A stretch of 64,000 nucleotides of DNA from Acidobacteriota bacterium (GCA_036507075.1 DASXQR010000017.1:93188-157187), one strand, 5' to 3'. Shown: positions 40,002 to 50,476, numbered from the stretch's first letter. The notes: generated by a model not told the origin, from the sequence alone. Translations and numbers: made by a program.

Positions 40002-41780
40002 CTAATGGGAAGCGAAAGAAGATCCAACCAGGCCATGGAAAGCGCCCGTCGCTGTGCTCCGCACTGTGCCTTCATTCCCTCTCCCGGAATCGGAGGCGAG
40101 GGCGCTGGAGGAGCGGCTGTATTCGTGTCGTGACAGAACTTCCATGATTTCATCGACACAGTGACGGGCCGACCCGGCTCGAGAGGCAAAATTATTGCAG
40201 AAAATCGCAAACGCGAGACGCTTGCCTTGCAGTGTGTACAGGAAACCTCCCAACGCAACGGCGTTGGACAGAGTTCCCGTCTTTCCAAAGATCCGCTGCG
40301 CTGTGGCGTCGCTGGAAAGCCGGTGCCGCAGCGTTCCGTCGATTGATGCCACCGACAGGCTCGACACAAACTGGGGGTAGTAGTTCTGCGAGGCTACAAA
40401 GCGCAACAACGAGATTTCGACGTGCGGGCTCAATAAATTGCTCTTGGATAATCCGGACCCGTCGTAAATGGCAACATCTCGGGGATTGATGCCGGTCTGC
40501 GCCACGTAATCCTGGACCACGGAGATGCCCGCTTCGGTGGTGCTGCGTCCGCGCACTTCGCTGCCGACCAGGCGCAGGAGCAACTCTGCATAAGAATTCA
40601 CGCTCCGCTTGTTGATGATACTGATCGCGTCCAGCAGGGGAGGCGACTCGTGCCTGGCCCATTCCTTCATTTCCCGGTAGGGAATTCCGCCGCCGTGGTG
40701 CGACACGGGCATTCCTGCAACGTCGATCCCTTCGTGCTGCAGAGATTCCTTCAGCAGATAGGCGGCAAAACCTGCCGGATCGTCTACTTTGATGTACCGG
40801 GAGTGACTTCCCGCGCGCAACGGCAGCCTTCCGGTAAGGACGATCGTGTTTTTTCCCGGGACTTTGGAGACGTTGAAAGTGCTTCTGCGCGCCCGCGTTG
40901 CAGTAGCCCGGTTGATGATCCGGAAATAGTCCGTACTCGGCTCCGTGTAGACGCGCACAGGGGCGCCGTTGCGGACGGGGATCGCGCGGACTGCAACCAG
41001 ATTGTCGTTGAAAGAAAGAGCGCTTACCGACGTGTCATCATCGGAGTCGCTGTCCGCTAACTTCTGATCTCCCAGCCGATCTCCCGGGGAATTCTCATCT
41101 CTGAGCTGCTGCGCCACGGCAGAAGTCGGGGGAGGTTGGTAGGGGTAAAGAGAATCGTCGCCCACAATGTTGCCGCCAATGCGGTGCACTCCATGGGCCC
41201 GCAACTTCGCGGCAATTTCGTCAAAAAAGCTGGATGCGTTGTTCTTAAGGAAATTACGCGAGAAAAAAGGATCTCCGCCGCCGCGCAAGACCAGGTTACC
41301 GCGGAGGGTTCCGTCCGGATCCAGGTTAGAATGACTGTAAACGGCTGTCTTGAATCGATAATCCGCGCCAAGGTAATGCATTGCCGTGGCAGTGGTAAAC
41401 AGTTTCATGTTCGACGCTGGGATCATCGGGATGGAAGAATTGTGGGAGTAGATGATCTGGTTCTCATCAAGAGAAAGAACCTCAATGCCCCACTCAGCCA
41501 GATCATTGGGGTGCCGATTGATCAGTTCTTCGATCTTCGCCTCCAGAGCCGGGTCAATAGCCAGCGTGGGCGCAGGAGGAACCGAACCTGCCCGCACGGG
41601 CTGCGATGTGGCCGAACCTGCCCGCAGATAAACTGTGCCGTCGGGGGCGACAGTGCGTTGCTGCACTCCAAAGACAAAACGACCGTTGGATACTGAGCCG
41701 GAAAGCAGCGTCACATAAAGGCAAACTGCCAACAGCAGGATGTTTTTTAGAGTCGAAGGGAAGTACCTGGATATCTTCAT
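40002..41780 (-). CDS. dacB: D-alanyl-D-alanine carboxypeptidase/endopeptidase (PBP4, peptidase S13)
   Basis: 592 aa; signal peptide; SxxK-type motif (ASNMK) and S13 family blocks. Confidence 0.85.
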   Translation of the reverse strand: MKISRYFPSTLKNILLLAVCLYVTLLSGSVSNGRFVFGVQQRTVAPDGTVYLRAGSATSQPVRAGSVPPAPTLAIDPALEAKIEELINRHPNDLAEWGIEVLSLDENQIIYSHNSSIPMIPASNMKLFTTATAMHYLGADYRFKTAVYSHSNLDPDGTLRGNLVLRGGGDPFFSRNFLKNNASSFFDEIAAKLRAHGVHRIGGNIVGDDSLYPYQPPPTSAVAQQLRDENSPGDRLGDQKLADSDSDDDTSVSALSFNDNLVAVRAIPVRNGAPVRVYTEPSTDYFRIINRATATRARRSTFNVSKVPGKNTIVLTGRLPLRAGSHSRYIKVDDPAGFAAYLLKESLQHEGIDVAGMPVSHHGGGIPYREMKEWARHESPPLLDAISIINKRSVNSYAELLLRLVGSEVRGRSTTEAGISVVQDYVAQTGINPRDVAIYDGSGLSKSNLLSPHVEISLLRFVASQNYYPQFVSSLSVASIDGTLRHRLSSDATAQRIFGKTGTLSNAVALGGFLYTLQGKRLAFAIFCNNFASRAGSARHCVDEIMEVLSRHEYSRSSSALASDSGRGNEGTVRSTATGAFHGLVGSSFASH

Positions 41781-41900
41781 GCGGCAAAAGTTCCCGTACT
41801 ATAAACTAAAAACCCAATAGCCGCAAGTGATTAGCTGCACACAACGATGCTGGACAGGTAAGATCTGCAAATTTTGCCTGGTCTTGTAGTCTGGCGTCTC

Positions 41901-42647
41901 TTAGCTCACCACTTTACCGATGCGACTCCATCGGGTTTTACTGAAGAAATAGACGATTCTTGTGCCGTAAAGTTTCACCAGTTCAACAAGATTCGTCTTA
42001 GTGTAGGCGTAGGGATCGTCCTCGTATGACCAGAAAATGAACAGAGGACGTCCGACGATGAGCTCCTCTGGAAGGGTTCCCCAATAACGGCTGTCGGCAC
42101 TGTCATCGCGGTTGTCGCCCATCATGAAATAGTGGTGGGGGGGGATGGTAAAGGGTGCGAGGCTGTCGCGACGGTTATCGTGATAGGCGCCCCACGCGAA
42201 AACGTTGGGATCGGAGTGCACTTTGTAGTTTTCCTGCAGTGGTTTACCGTCGATGTAGACAGTTTTGTCGCGAATCTCAAACCTTTCTCCCGGCAGGCCG
42301 ATCGCACGTTTGACATACAGGACTTCGGGGTTCTGCGGATATTTGAAGACAATGATGTCTCCCCGGCGGATTTTGTGCCTGGGAAGCAGTGGATTGCTGG
42401 AATGAAGCCCGGTTCGGACGGTAAATTTGTCAATGATCAGGCGGTCGCCCACCAGGATGGTGGGCACCATGGACGGCGTGGGAACCGTCATAGGATGGAG
42501 AATGAACGTTGTCACGAACAAAGCCAGGATGGTGCAGATCGCGGTTGTTACAAAGTATTCGCGAAAGGTACTGTACTGAATCTGCGGCTCGGCTGTGGCA
42601 ACCGGCGGCTGCTCTTCGATTTCTTCGCGCTGATCGATTAAATTCAA
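41901..42647 (-). CDS. lepB: signal peptidase I
   Basis: 248 aa; conserved Ser and Lys boxes (PSMVPTI, VKRAIGLPGE) and the GDNRDDSADSRYWG box. Confidence 0.9.
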   Translation of the reverse strand: MNLIDQREEIEEQPPVATAEPQIQYSTFREYFVTTAICTILALFVTTFILHPMTVPTPSMVPTILVGDRLIIDKFTVRTGLHSSNPLLPRHKIRRGDIIVFKYPQNPEVLYVKRAIGLPGERFEIRDKTVYIDGKPLQENYKVHSDPNVFAWGAYHDNRRDSLAPFTIPPHHYFMMGDNRDDSADSRYWGTLPEELIVGRPLFIFWSYEDDPYAYTKTNLVELVKLYGTRIVYFFSKTRWSRIGKVVS

Positions 42648-42730
42648 TTCAAGGCTCCATAAGTCTTAGCTGATGCGCGCCAATCCAAGGATCGGCATCA
42701 CCCGCCACATGAAGTATACGTACAAACCTG

Positions 42731-42780
42731 ACTTGGTGTCTTGGTGGTTCATTCTTTGTTCACCACCAAGGCACCAAGCC
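42731..42780. repeat. small palindromic element, CACCAAG family (cttggtgtcttggtgg ttcattctttg ttcaccaccaaggcaccaag)
   Basis: Read directly. Confidence 0.85.
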
Positions 42781-42872
42781 AGCTCAACTTCCACACTTCT
42801 GATCCCCAGCCGGCCGAATTCGTTTTACTTCACCACCCTGCACATCGGGCCGGAGTCTAGGCAAACCTTGGA

Positions 42873-43433
42873 TTATAAAAAGAGTTCCCGGCAGGCGCAA
42901 TGCAATTTGACTCCGCTTTGGTCCAGGCCGGCCATCAGATCGGCTGCGGTGCGTCCCAGTAAAGGGTGTCTCCAAGTCTTGTCGATTTCCAGCATGGGTA
43001 CCAGGACAAAAGGTCGAAAATGCATTCGGGGATGTGGCACTGTCAGATCAAGAGCAACAGGGAGCCGGGCTAAGCTGGGGCCCGAAGCCCGGTGCTGCTG
43101 GCCCAGCGTGAAGCAGACGCGCCCAAAGGCCAGCAGATCCAGGTCCAGAGTGCGACGGCTGTCCGAGTCGCTGCGGACGCGACCATTATCTCTTTCGATC
43201 CTCAGCATTTCGGCAAGAAGCGGGACTACATCCAGGTCCGTTTGCAAGCGGCAAACCAGATTGAGAAACTTCCCGCCAGGCCCGGAATAACCCGGTGCCC
43301 AGACCGGCGCCGTTTCGTAAATAGATGAAAACCGTGTTTCTCCCAGGCGCGAAAGCGACTCGGCGGCCCGCCGCAGATAAGCCCTTCGATCGTCCAGATT
43401 GGAGCCCAAACCGATCCAGGCTTCACTCATCAA
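42873..43433 (-). CDS. folK: 2-amino-4-hydroxy-6-hydroxymethyldihydropteridine diphosphokinase
   Basis: 186 aa; HPPK motifs (IGLGSNL, ETAPV, RTLDLDLL, PHPRMHFRPFVLVP). Confidence 0.85.
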   Translation of the reverse strand: MMSEAWIGLGSNLDDRRAYLRRAAESLSRLGETRFSSIYETAPVWAPGYSGPGGKFLNLVCRLQTDLDVVPLLAEMLRIERDNGRVRSDSDSRRTLDLDLLAFGRVCFTLGQQHRASGPSLARLPVALDLTVPHPRMHFRPFVLVPMLEIDKTWRHPLLGRTAADLMAGLDQSGVKLHCACRELFL

Positions 43434-45646
43434 AACAGACTCTCCGGCTGTGGAATTGTTCCGAACGTTCCGATTCCCTTCAGAAAGAACGAAAACCGGA
43501 ATTGTGATTCACGGCGCACGGCGACGTCGAACTGGAAAAACTGAAGCGACACTCCGCAGCAGTCCCAGAAATAATTCAGCCGCGTGCTGTTGTAGACCAG
43601 CGCCGATCGCTGAATATCGTAGTTGAGCGTCGTTCCGGCGGAAAAACCTCGGGCGCGATTTCCGAAAAATGCCGAGGTTTGAATCTGGTTGCTTGTAAAG
43701 CTTGAAGGATCCAGTTTCCGCGTCAGGAAGTAAGTGGTAGCGGCATACCACAGGCCTTTGGAAAACGAACCCGTCACGCTGGTGTTCCGAAAGCTGCTGC
43801 GCTGCGTGTCGTAGTCGGCGCGCAGGTCGGCGCTGTATCTGTACGACGGGTTGAATCGAAACACTGCCGTCACCGGAGAAAAACGTCTTTTTTCGGTCGC
43901 GTAAAGGAACCCGGTGAGCGTGTTCAGCGGATAGAACTGGTTGACGCTTCCCGGATCCAGAGCACCCCCGAAAGTTGGGTCGAAAAAATATTTCTGCGCC
44001 ACCTGGAATGACATCGTCTCGATGTTGGTATCCCCATCGCCGTATACATTGCGGCGCCGGAAGAAGCGCTGAGTAATGCCGTACTCGACTTCGTTGGTAT
44101 CAGCGACGGCATCGACCTCGTCAAAACGAATGATGCGCGGAAACTCGTTGATGCCCTGAATCCACCGGTAGCGCACTTCGGGCTCGATGGTATGCCGAAA
44201 TCCGCCCCAAAGTTCAAAGCGGCGCTCGATCACGGGTCCCAGCACATCGACCACCGCCTCCAGGTATTCACGATTCAGTCTCTTATTTGAAAGGCGGCCG
44301 GTCGCTGTGTCGCGGCTGTTGCTGTAAAAAGTTTCACGCGCCCCGAATTTCGGAAAGATCGACAAGAATGAAGTCTTCAGGCCTGAGTAGTAAATACGGG
44401 GAAAGAAGTCGAACCTCTGGACGATATCGGGAGTTTGCAGCAGAGCGTCTGAGCGGTTCAGTCCTTCCAGCGTGGATTCGAATTCCAAGCGAAAGTTCCT
44501 TCCCAGCGGGGCGCCTGCGGATCTCAGTTGGATGGAGGGCGAGCTGCGAACCAGGATATTGCGGACGGGGAAAAATGTCTCCTCGCGATTAAAGGAAATA
44601 TTGAAGCTCAGAGACCCGAAATTATTCGTCAGAAAGGCCGTGGAAATTTCGTTTGGCGTCGTGGCGGCGCGAAAAGTATCCGAGAACACCTGACGAAACA
44701 CCAGATTGGTAGTGAGGTTGAGCATCGCTACGCCGCGGAATCCGTTGGCAAACTGAGTGTGCGCGTTTGCAAGAAAAATCGTGCCCCCCTGTCGCAGGCG
44801 GTCGTTGACCGAGTAGACATTCAGAAGAATGTCGGTGGCCTTGTTGGGCCGCGCTCGAAAAGTGGCGCCATAACCCGGGCCCCGCTGCGTAAAGTACTCT
44901 CCCAGAATGGTTACGTCCGCGCTCTCGCCCAGGGTGAGATAGAACTCCTCGCTGAAGCGACGCCCTTTGTTATTTGAAGTACCACTGGCCGGCAGCAGAA
45001 AGCCCGATGCGCGACGCTTTCTCTGCAGCGGGATCCGCACGAACGGGGTATAGAACACGGGCAGGCTTTTTACGCGGAAGATTGCATTGTACGCATGCAC
45101 CGAGCTGTTTACCCGAATGGAGGCCCGGCCCGGATTGAAACTCCATTTGGGAAGCGCTTCGTTGCAGGAAGTGACAAATCCGCCCTCGACTTTGTAAGTC
45201 TCCGGCCCGGTCTTAATGATCACATCGCCTTTAATGTAAAACTCGCGGTCGGTAAAGCCTTCGGCGTCATAAAGCCGTCCGGTTTGATTTTTGAGGTTCA
45301 GTTCGGCGCGGCTTCCCTCGATCCAGTGGATCCCCTGCGACAGGCGAAGCCGGCCGGGTGCAACGGCATCATCCGTTTCCGAATTGTATTCCACTCGCTC
45401 TGAAGTCAGGACCATATCCTTGTGCGTGATGCGCACGTTTCCAGTAGCGCTCCACTGGTCCTTTCCCAGTCGCTCGATGCGGTCGGCCTCAAGAAGAATT
45501 ACACCGTCGGGTCGTGGGATTTCCGCCGTGGCGCGGGGCGCATTCTGTGAGTACAGAGGGCTGAACATGAAACAGAAGCAGCAGAGCAGCCACGATTTGC
45601 GCCACGTCATCCCGGCTTTGTAACCTGAAGCGGATATTGAATGCAA
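43430..45646 (-). CDS. lptD: LPS-assembly outer-membrane protein LptD (OstA family)
   Basis: 738 aa; signal peptide, N-terminal OstA/LptA-like beta-jellyroll, large C-terminal barrel region. Confidence 0.7.
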   Translation of the reverse strand: MHSISASGYKAGMTWRKSWLLCCFCFMFSPLYSQNAPRATAEIPRPDGVILLEADRIERLGKDQWSATGNVRITHKDMVLTSERVEYNSETDDAVAPGRLRLSQGIHWIEGSRAELNLKNQTGRLYDAEGFTDREFYIKGDVIIKTGPETYKVEGGFVTSCNEALPKWSFNPGRASIRVNSSVHAYNAIFRVKSLPVFYTPFVRIPLQRKRRASGFLLPASGTSNNKGRRFSEEFYLTLGESADVTILGEYFTQRGPGYGATFRARPNKATDILLNVYSVNDRLRQGGTIFLANAHTQFANGFRGVAMLNLTTNLVFRQVFSDTFRAATTPNEISTAFLTNNFGSLSFNISFNREETFFPVRNILVRSSPSIQLRSAGAPLGRNFRLEFESTLEGLNRSDALLQTPDIVQRFDFFPRIYYSGLKTSFLSIFPKFGARETFYSNSRDTATGRLSNKRLNREYLEAVVDVLGPVIERRFELWGGFRHTIEPEVRYRWIQGINEFPRIIRFDEVDAVADTNEVEYGITQRFFRRRNVYGDGDTNIETMSFQVAQKYFFDPTFGGALDPGSVNQFYPLNTLTGFLYATEKRRFSPVTAVFRFNPSYRYSADLRADYDTQRSSFRNTSVTGSFSKGLWYAATTYFLTRKLDPSSFTSNQIQTSAFFGNRARGFSAGTTLNYDIQRSALVYNSTRLNYFWDCCGVSLQFFQFDVAVRRESQFRFSFFLKGIGTFGTIPQPESLF

Positions 45647-45660
45647 ATCCCAAAAGCTCT

Positions 45661-45719
45661 AACCGCGAAAGCGCGAAAGGCTAGCTTTTTTATTTCGCGC
45701 CTTCGCGCCTTTGCGGTGG
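45661..45719. repeat. palindromic element, CGCGAAAG family
   Basis: aaccgcgaaagcgcgaaagg ctagcttttttat ttcgcgccttcgcgcctttgcggtgg. Confidence 0.85.
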
Positions 45720-45801
45720 AATTTAGCTTGCGTGACGGCCGTAACTAGAAAACGCCGCCCGATTCTGGTAGCTTGAAACGCTTTCAGAAGGGATAAAACA
45801 G

Positions 45802-47022
45802 TTGCTGGTACGTGCCCCCCAACTCGATCGGATTCGGATCTCGGAGAACAAACTCGAGGTTCCCAGGGAAATTTCCATTCCCTATATCGTCGGCGACGGA
45901 ATCGGCGAGGATATTTCTCCGATCACCATCGATGTTCTGCGCACCGCCGTCGAGGCGGCATACACGGACCGCCGGATTGAATGGTTCGAGCTCCCGGCCG
46001 GTGACGCAGGCGAGCGGAAAGTGGGCAGCCGCCTGCCCAGCGAGACACTGCAGTATCTGCGCGAACACGTCGTTTCTCTGAAGGGTCCGCTGGCGACTCC
46101 CGTGGCCGCGGGATTTCGCAGCGTGAACGTGATCTTGCGAAAACTGCTGGATTTGTACGCCTGCGTTCGACCCTGCCGCTACACTCCGGGCGTCCCCAGT
46201 CCCATGAAACATCCCGAGCATGTCAACGTTGTGGTTTTTCGCGAAAACACCGAAGACGTTTACATGGGCGTCGAGTACGAAAAGGGCTCGGATCGTGCCG
46301 ACAAGCTTAGGCGCTTCCTGGGCGAGGAGCTGGGAGATTTCATTCGAGAAGGATCGGGAATTGGAATCAAGCCCATCAGCGAGTTTGGAAGCAAGCGATT
46401 TGTCCGAAAGGCTATCCAATACGCGTTCGATCGCAAGCGCGACCTTGTAACGCTGGTTCACAAAGGCAACATCATGAAGCATACCGAAGGCGCGTTTATG
46501 CGCTGGGGGTATGAAGTGGCCGAACAGGAATTTGCCGGCCGGATTGTGAAAGGAGAGGGCCCGCCGATCCCGGGCAAAGTGCGCATCAATGATCGCATTG
46601 CCGACAATATGTTCCAGCAGGTGATCCTTCGCCCCGACAAGTACGCCGTGCTGGCGACACCCAATTTGACCGGCGATTACCTTTCCGATACCTGTGCCGC
46701 ACTGGTGGGCGGGCTGGGCCTGGCCCCCGGGGCCAACATCGGAGATCATTACGCCGTCTTTGAAGCGACGCACGGAACGGCGCCCGATATCGCCGGAAAA
46801 GACCTGGCCAATCCTTCAGGCCTGGTCCTGTCAGGCAGGATGCTGCTCAACTACATCGGCTGGGACCAAGCGGCTCAACTTGTCACCAAGGCCGTTGAGC
46901 TGTCGGTTCAGGGCCGCCGCGTGACTGCCGACCTGGCCGTGCAGATGGAGAAATCCAGCACTGTCGGATCTCGTGAATTTGGGGAGATCTTGAAGGAAAA
47001 TATCCGCCGGGCTGCGCGTTAG
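45802..47022 (+). CDS. icd: NADP-dependent isocitrate dehydrogenase
   Basis: 406 aa; IDH/IMDH family blocks (GDGIGxD, NLTGDYLSD, HGTAPDIAG). Confidence 0.95.
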   Translation: MLVRAPQLDRIRISENKLEVPREISIPYIVGDGIGEDISPITIDVLRTAVEAAYTDRRIEWFELPAGDAGERKVGSRLPSETLQYLREHVVSLKGPLATPVAAGFRSVNVILRKLLDLYACVRPCRYTPGVPSPMKHPEHVNVVVFRENTEDVYMGVEYEKGSDRADKLRRFLGEELGDFIREGSGIGIKPISEFGSKRFVRKAIQYAFDRKRDLVTLVHKGNIMKHTEGAFMRWGYEVAEQEFAGRIVKGEGPPIPGKVRINDRIADNMFQQVILRPDKYAVLATPNLTGDYLSDTCAALVGGLGLAPGANIGDHYAVFEATHGTAPDIAGKDLANPSGLVLSGRMLLNYIGWDQAAQLVTKAVELSVQGRRVTADLAVQMEKSSTVGSREFGEILKENIRRAAR

Positions 47023-47023
47023 T

Positions 47024-47228
47024 CCCTGGATTATTCAGGCAAAAACTTCACCGCCAAGAACGCCAAGACCGCCAAGAGTAGCGCACAGGACCGGGCTGGA
47101 ACTTGAAATAGAAACTACTCAGGTGTTGTAGGTTTGGCTTTCATATTTCAAGTTCCAGCCCGGTCCTGTGCGCTATTCTTAGCGGTCTTGGCGTTCTTGG
47201 CGGTGAAGTTTTCTTGATTAATCCCTGC
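47024..47228. repeat. ~205-bp palindromic element, ACCGCCAAG family, homologous to 33086-33296 (TIR CCCTGGATTATTCAGG..., arms (NCGCCAAGA)x3, inner ~35-bp perfect inverted repeat GCGCACAGGACCGGGCTGGAACTTGAAATA)
   Basis: Read directly; begins 2 nt after the icd stop. Confidence 0.9.
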
Positions 47229-47270
47229 CAGGCGATTTTAGGGGAAACATATCGCCTGACTTGACGTAAT

Positions 47271-47684
47271 ATGAGATTCAAAAGGGAAAGTATGCCGATA
47301 AAGTCGATTAAGAAAAACGCAGCCGTGCCGAACATAGAAGATTCTCCGATGAGCGACAAACCATCCCCGCAAACCGACGGCAAGTGGCCCTCCTACACGA
47401 TGGTGGAAGATCGGATGCGGAAGATCTACTTTGAGTTCTACCGGGAAACCTACAAAAGCAGCGTCCTGGATCGGAAGACCAAGGAGTTGGTTGCCATCGC
47501 GGCTTCCATCGGATTCAAATGTCAGGGTTGTTTGGAAGGGCACATCAAGAAAGCGCTCAAGCACGGAGCCAGCAAGCAAGAGCTCAGTGAGGCAATCGCG
47601 ATCGCGATGGGTGTGGCCGCCGCCGGCGCGGTGGATTTGACCGATATCGCCGCCGCTCACCTGAAACTTAAACACTTCGAATAA
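47271..47684 (+). CDS. carboxymuconolactone decarboxylase (AhpD-like) family protein
   Basis: 137 aa; CxxC (CQGC) within the AhpD-like helix bundle. Confidence 0.75.
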   Translation: MRFKRESMPIKSIKKNAAVPNIEDSPMSDKPSPQTDGKWPSYTMVEDRMRKIYFEFYRETYKSSVLDRKTKELVAIAASIGFKCQGCLEGHIKKALKHGASKQELSEAIAIAMGVAAAGAVDLTDIAAAHLKLKHFE

Positions 47685-47707
47685 ACCATCACCGTAATCT
47701 CGGCGCC

Positions 47708-48649
47708 ATGAAACGAAAATTAATGTCCCTCCTGTTGATTCTGGCAGGTCTCGCCTCCTGGCACCATTTTGTGCCCGCCCAGTCGACTCCCGCGGCCGAC
47801 GTTCGCACCGCGCCGGTCACGTCCCAAAGCATCGCACCGGAGAATGCGGGCGCGGTGGAATTCAAGTCGCTGGAAAGCAACATTCTGGGCCAGCCTCTGA
47901 ACTTCAGCATTTATCTGCCCCCTTCCTACGCCAAAGGAGAGCAGAAATATCGAGTGATCTATTTCCTGCATGGCCTTTTTGAAAACGAGAAGCGCTGGTC
48001 TGACCGCGGCGGCAAAGAACTGCTGGATCGTTTGATTGCAGACAAGAAGGTGGGTGAGCTTGTCGTCGCAATTCCGGATGGGGGACGCAGCTTTTACACC
48101 AACTATTATGACGGGTCCAGGAAATACGAGGATGCCGTGCTGCAGGAATTCATTCCATATGTGGAAAGCCACTATCGCATCCTGCGGGGAACGAAATCAC
48201 GCGCTTTGAGCGGAAGTTCCATGGGCGGTTACGGCGCTCTGAAAATAGGCATGAAGCATCCCGACCTGTTTGACTCCGTCTCGGCGCACAGTGCCGTGCT
48301 GGTTCCAAAGTTCCCCGAGGTGATCGAACCCGGAACCCGGCAGGCGCGTTACCTGCAAATCCTGGAGGGCCCTTTCGGCAAGCCGTTCAATCGCGATTAC
48401 TGGGAAAGCGAAAACCCGCTGCGCCTGGCCGAAGATCCGCAGAAATTTCGCAATTTGAAGCTTTATTTTGACTGTGGAGACAAAGACCGCTACGGTTTTG
48501 ACGAAGGCGCGCGCGAGCTCCATCGGGTTCTGGAAGAGAAAGGTTTCAAGCACGAGTTTGCCATCCTCCCTGGTGATCACGGATGGGAATACCTGAAGCA
48601 GTACATGGATCGATCGCTCGTGTTTCACTGGAAGCATTTCGAGGATTGA
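47708..48649 (+). CDS. secreted esterase family protein (alpha/beta hydrolase)
   Basis: 313 aa; signal peptide; GSSMGG nucleophile elbow. Confidence 0.8.
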   Translation: MKRKLMSLLLILAGLASWHHFVPAQSTPAADVRTAPVTSQSIAPENAGAVEFKSLESNILGQPLNFSIYLPPSYAKGEQKYRVIYFLHGLFENEKRWSDRGGKELLDRLIADKKVGELVVAIPDGGRSFYTNYYDGSRKYEDAVLQEFIPYVESHYRILRGTKSRALSGSSMGGYGALKIGMKHPDLFDSVSAHSAVLVPKFPEVIEPGTRQARYLQILEGPFGKPFNRDYWESENPLRLAEDPQKFRNLKLYFDCGDKDRYGFDEGARELHRVLEEKGFKHEFAILPGDHGWEYLKQYMDRSLVFHWKHFED

Positions 48650-48678
48650 ACCGCGAAGGCGCGAAAGCGCGAAAACCC
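48649..48678. repeat. solo half-element: single CGCGAAG-type arm with no inverted partner
   Basis: aaccgcgaaggcgcgaaagcgcgaaaaccc; same unit order as the left arm at 39364-39387. Confidence 0.7.
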
Positions 48679-48703
48679 AGACATCCGCCAAAGTTCTGTT
48701 TCA

Positions 48704-50407
48704 GTGCTGAAAAGGCCCGGCATCTCTGCCCGTAATTCGCTGTTTCAGCTTCTTCGCAGTGAATGGGTCTTCGGCTGTTCGCTGGCCGCCGGCATCACTC
48801 TCCGCCTCTACCAGATCCGAAGACAAATCCCCGCCGACGATGAATGGCATGCGCTGACCGCCGTTCTGTACTCCGACTATCCTTCTATCCTTACTCATTT
48901 TGGCAGCGCGGACCGCAGCATCCCGTTGACCGCTTTTTACGAAATACTCTCCCATACTGTGGGGCTGTCGGAGATGGAGATGCGGTTTTTGCCTCTGGCC
49001 TGCGGCATCGCTGCTCTGCTGGTTGTGCCGCTGGTGGCTGGTTTTGCCGTCGGGCGGCCCGCAGCCCGCATCACCGGATCGCTGCTTGCGCTTTCACCGC
49101 TTCATATTTATTTCAGCCGATACGCCCGACCTTACGGCATCACAATGTTGATCGCCTGGGTCGGGTTGTTCGCGTTTTATCGCTGGTGGGTAAACGCCCA
49201 GGACGACTGGCGCTGGGTCTACGTTGCCTGTGCGGTTGCGGGACCCTATTTTCATCTCGTGGTAGCTCCGGTTTTATTGTCCCCCCTGGTGCTGCTGCTG
49301 TTTTGGAGCGTGGCATCAAGGACTACCCATCAGGATCATTTCCGCTGGCGGCAGATAGGAAGCCTTATCGTCGCCCTGGCGGGCGGATTCTGTCTGTTGT
49401 TTCTGCTTCCTGTGCTGGTTGACTTTGGCTCGCTGCAGGGGAAAGTGAGCCGAAGCGGCATCACATGGAATAGTATCAGCGGAGCTGCTCATCTTCTGGC
49501 CGGATCGCGCAGCAATGCGTTTGTGATGGTCGCTGCGCTTCTTTGCGTGGCGGGCGCCGTTATTCTGTATCGCCGCAGCCGGCGCCTGGCGGCATTTCTG
49601 CTGTTTGTGGTTTTCTGCCAGGCGCTGTTCGCGGTGGCGACAGCGCCCGAGGGGATCCATGTGCCGATCGTGCTGGCGCGCTACCTGCTGGCGCTTCTTC
49701 CCATTTTGCTGCTTTTGGCGGCTGTCAGCGTGCAACGTTTGGACCAGGCTCTGGGAAAGCTGAGCTACTATCCTGCCGGCAGTTTGGCGGCATTGCTGGT
49801 GCTGGCGCAGTTCTTCGCCGGGCCCCTTCGCTCCATTTACTACTTCCCGAACAACTGGACCAATCATGCCATCTTCCAGTACTACTACTACCGGCCGGAG
49901 GGGCAGAATCCCTATGAGGACATCCTGCGACCCAAAGCCATTCCTGCCTTTTACAGCCGGCTGGCTTCACTTCCCCGGGGCAGTGTTTCGGTGGTGGAAG
50001 CTCCCTGGTACTACGAGTGGCAAAACATTCATTTTCTGTATTACCAGCAGGCCCACCGGCAGTGGATGTATGTCGGCTTTGTGGACGAAAATGTTCTCGC
50101 TGTGCGGACCGGCGAGCTGCCTCGCGCCCTGCCCGGATTCTGGTTCCGTAATTTTGTGCATGTCGCCGACCTTGCGGGTCTCCGGTACCGGCATGTCAAC
50201 TATGTCATCTTTCACAAAGACATAGCGCACGAGATTCCCAATCTTGCGCCCAGACCGGCGGTTGATGTTTCGCACTGGATGGATTACTACCGCCGGGAAT
50301 TCGGTGCGCCGATATTTGAAGACACACTGTTGGCGGTTTTCGATGTTTCTCGTGGATTGCCACAAAGACACCAAGCCACAAAGGATCAGGATTTAGGTTT
50401 GAAGTGA
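48704..50407 (+). CDS. GT-C superfamily membrane glycosyltransferase (GT39/83-like)
   Basis: 567 aa, at least eleven TM helices; DD/DE motif in the first loop (PADDEWH); large C-terminal domain. Confidence 0.5.
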   Translation: MLKRPGISARNSLFQLLRSEWVFGCSLAAGITLRLYQIRRQIPADDEWHALTAVLYSDYPSILTHFGSADRSIPLTAFYEILSHTVGLSEMEMRFLPLACGIAALLVVPLVAGFAVGRPAARITGSLLALSPLHIYFSRYARPYGITMLIAWVGLFAFYRWWVNAQDDWRWVYVACAVAGPYFHLVVAPVLLSPLVLLLFWSVASRTTHQDHFRWRQIGSLIVALAGGFCLLFLLPVLVDFGSLQGKVSRSGITWNSISGAAHLLAGSRSNAFVMVAALLCVAGAVILYRRSRRLAAFLLFVVFCQALFAVATAPEGIHVPIVLARYLLALLPILLLLAAVSVQRLDQALGKLSYYPAGSLAALLVLAQFFAGPLRSIYYFPNNWTNHAIFQYYYYRPEGQNPYEDILRPKAIPAFYSRLASLPRGSVSVVEAPWYYEWQNIHFLYYQQAHRQWMYVGFVDENVLAVRTGELPRALPGFWFRNFVHVADLAGLRYRHVNYVIFHKDIAHEIPNLAPRPAVDVSHWMDYYRREFGAPIFEDTLLAVFDVSRGLPQRHQATKDQDLGLK

Positions 50408-50476
50408 CCCCTCCCACCTTGAAAATTCTAGGTAATTGTGGATTCTGAGTGTTAAATTCGGAAACTGGCTGTTACC

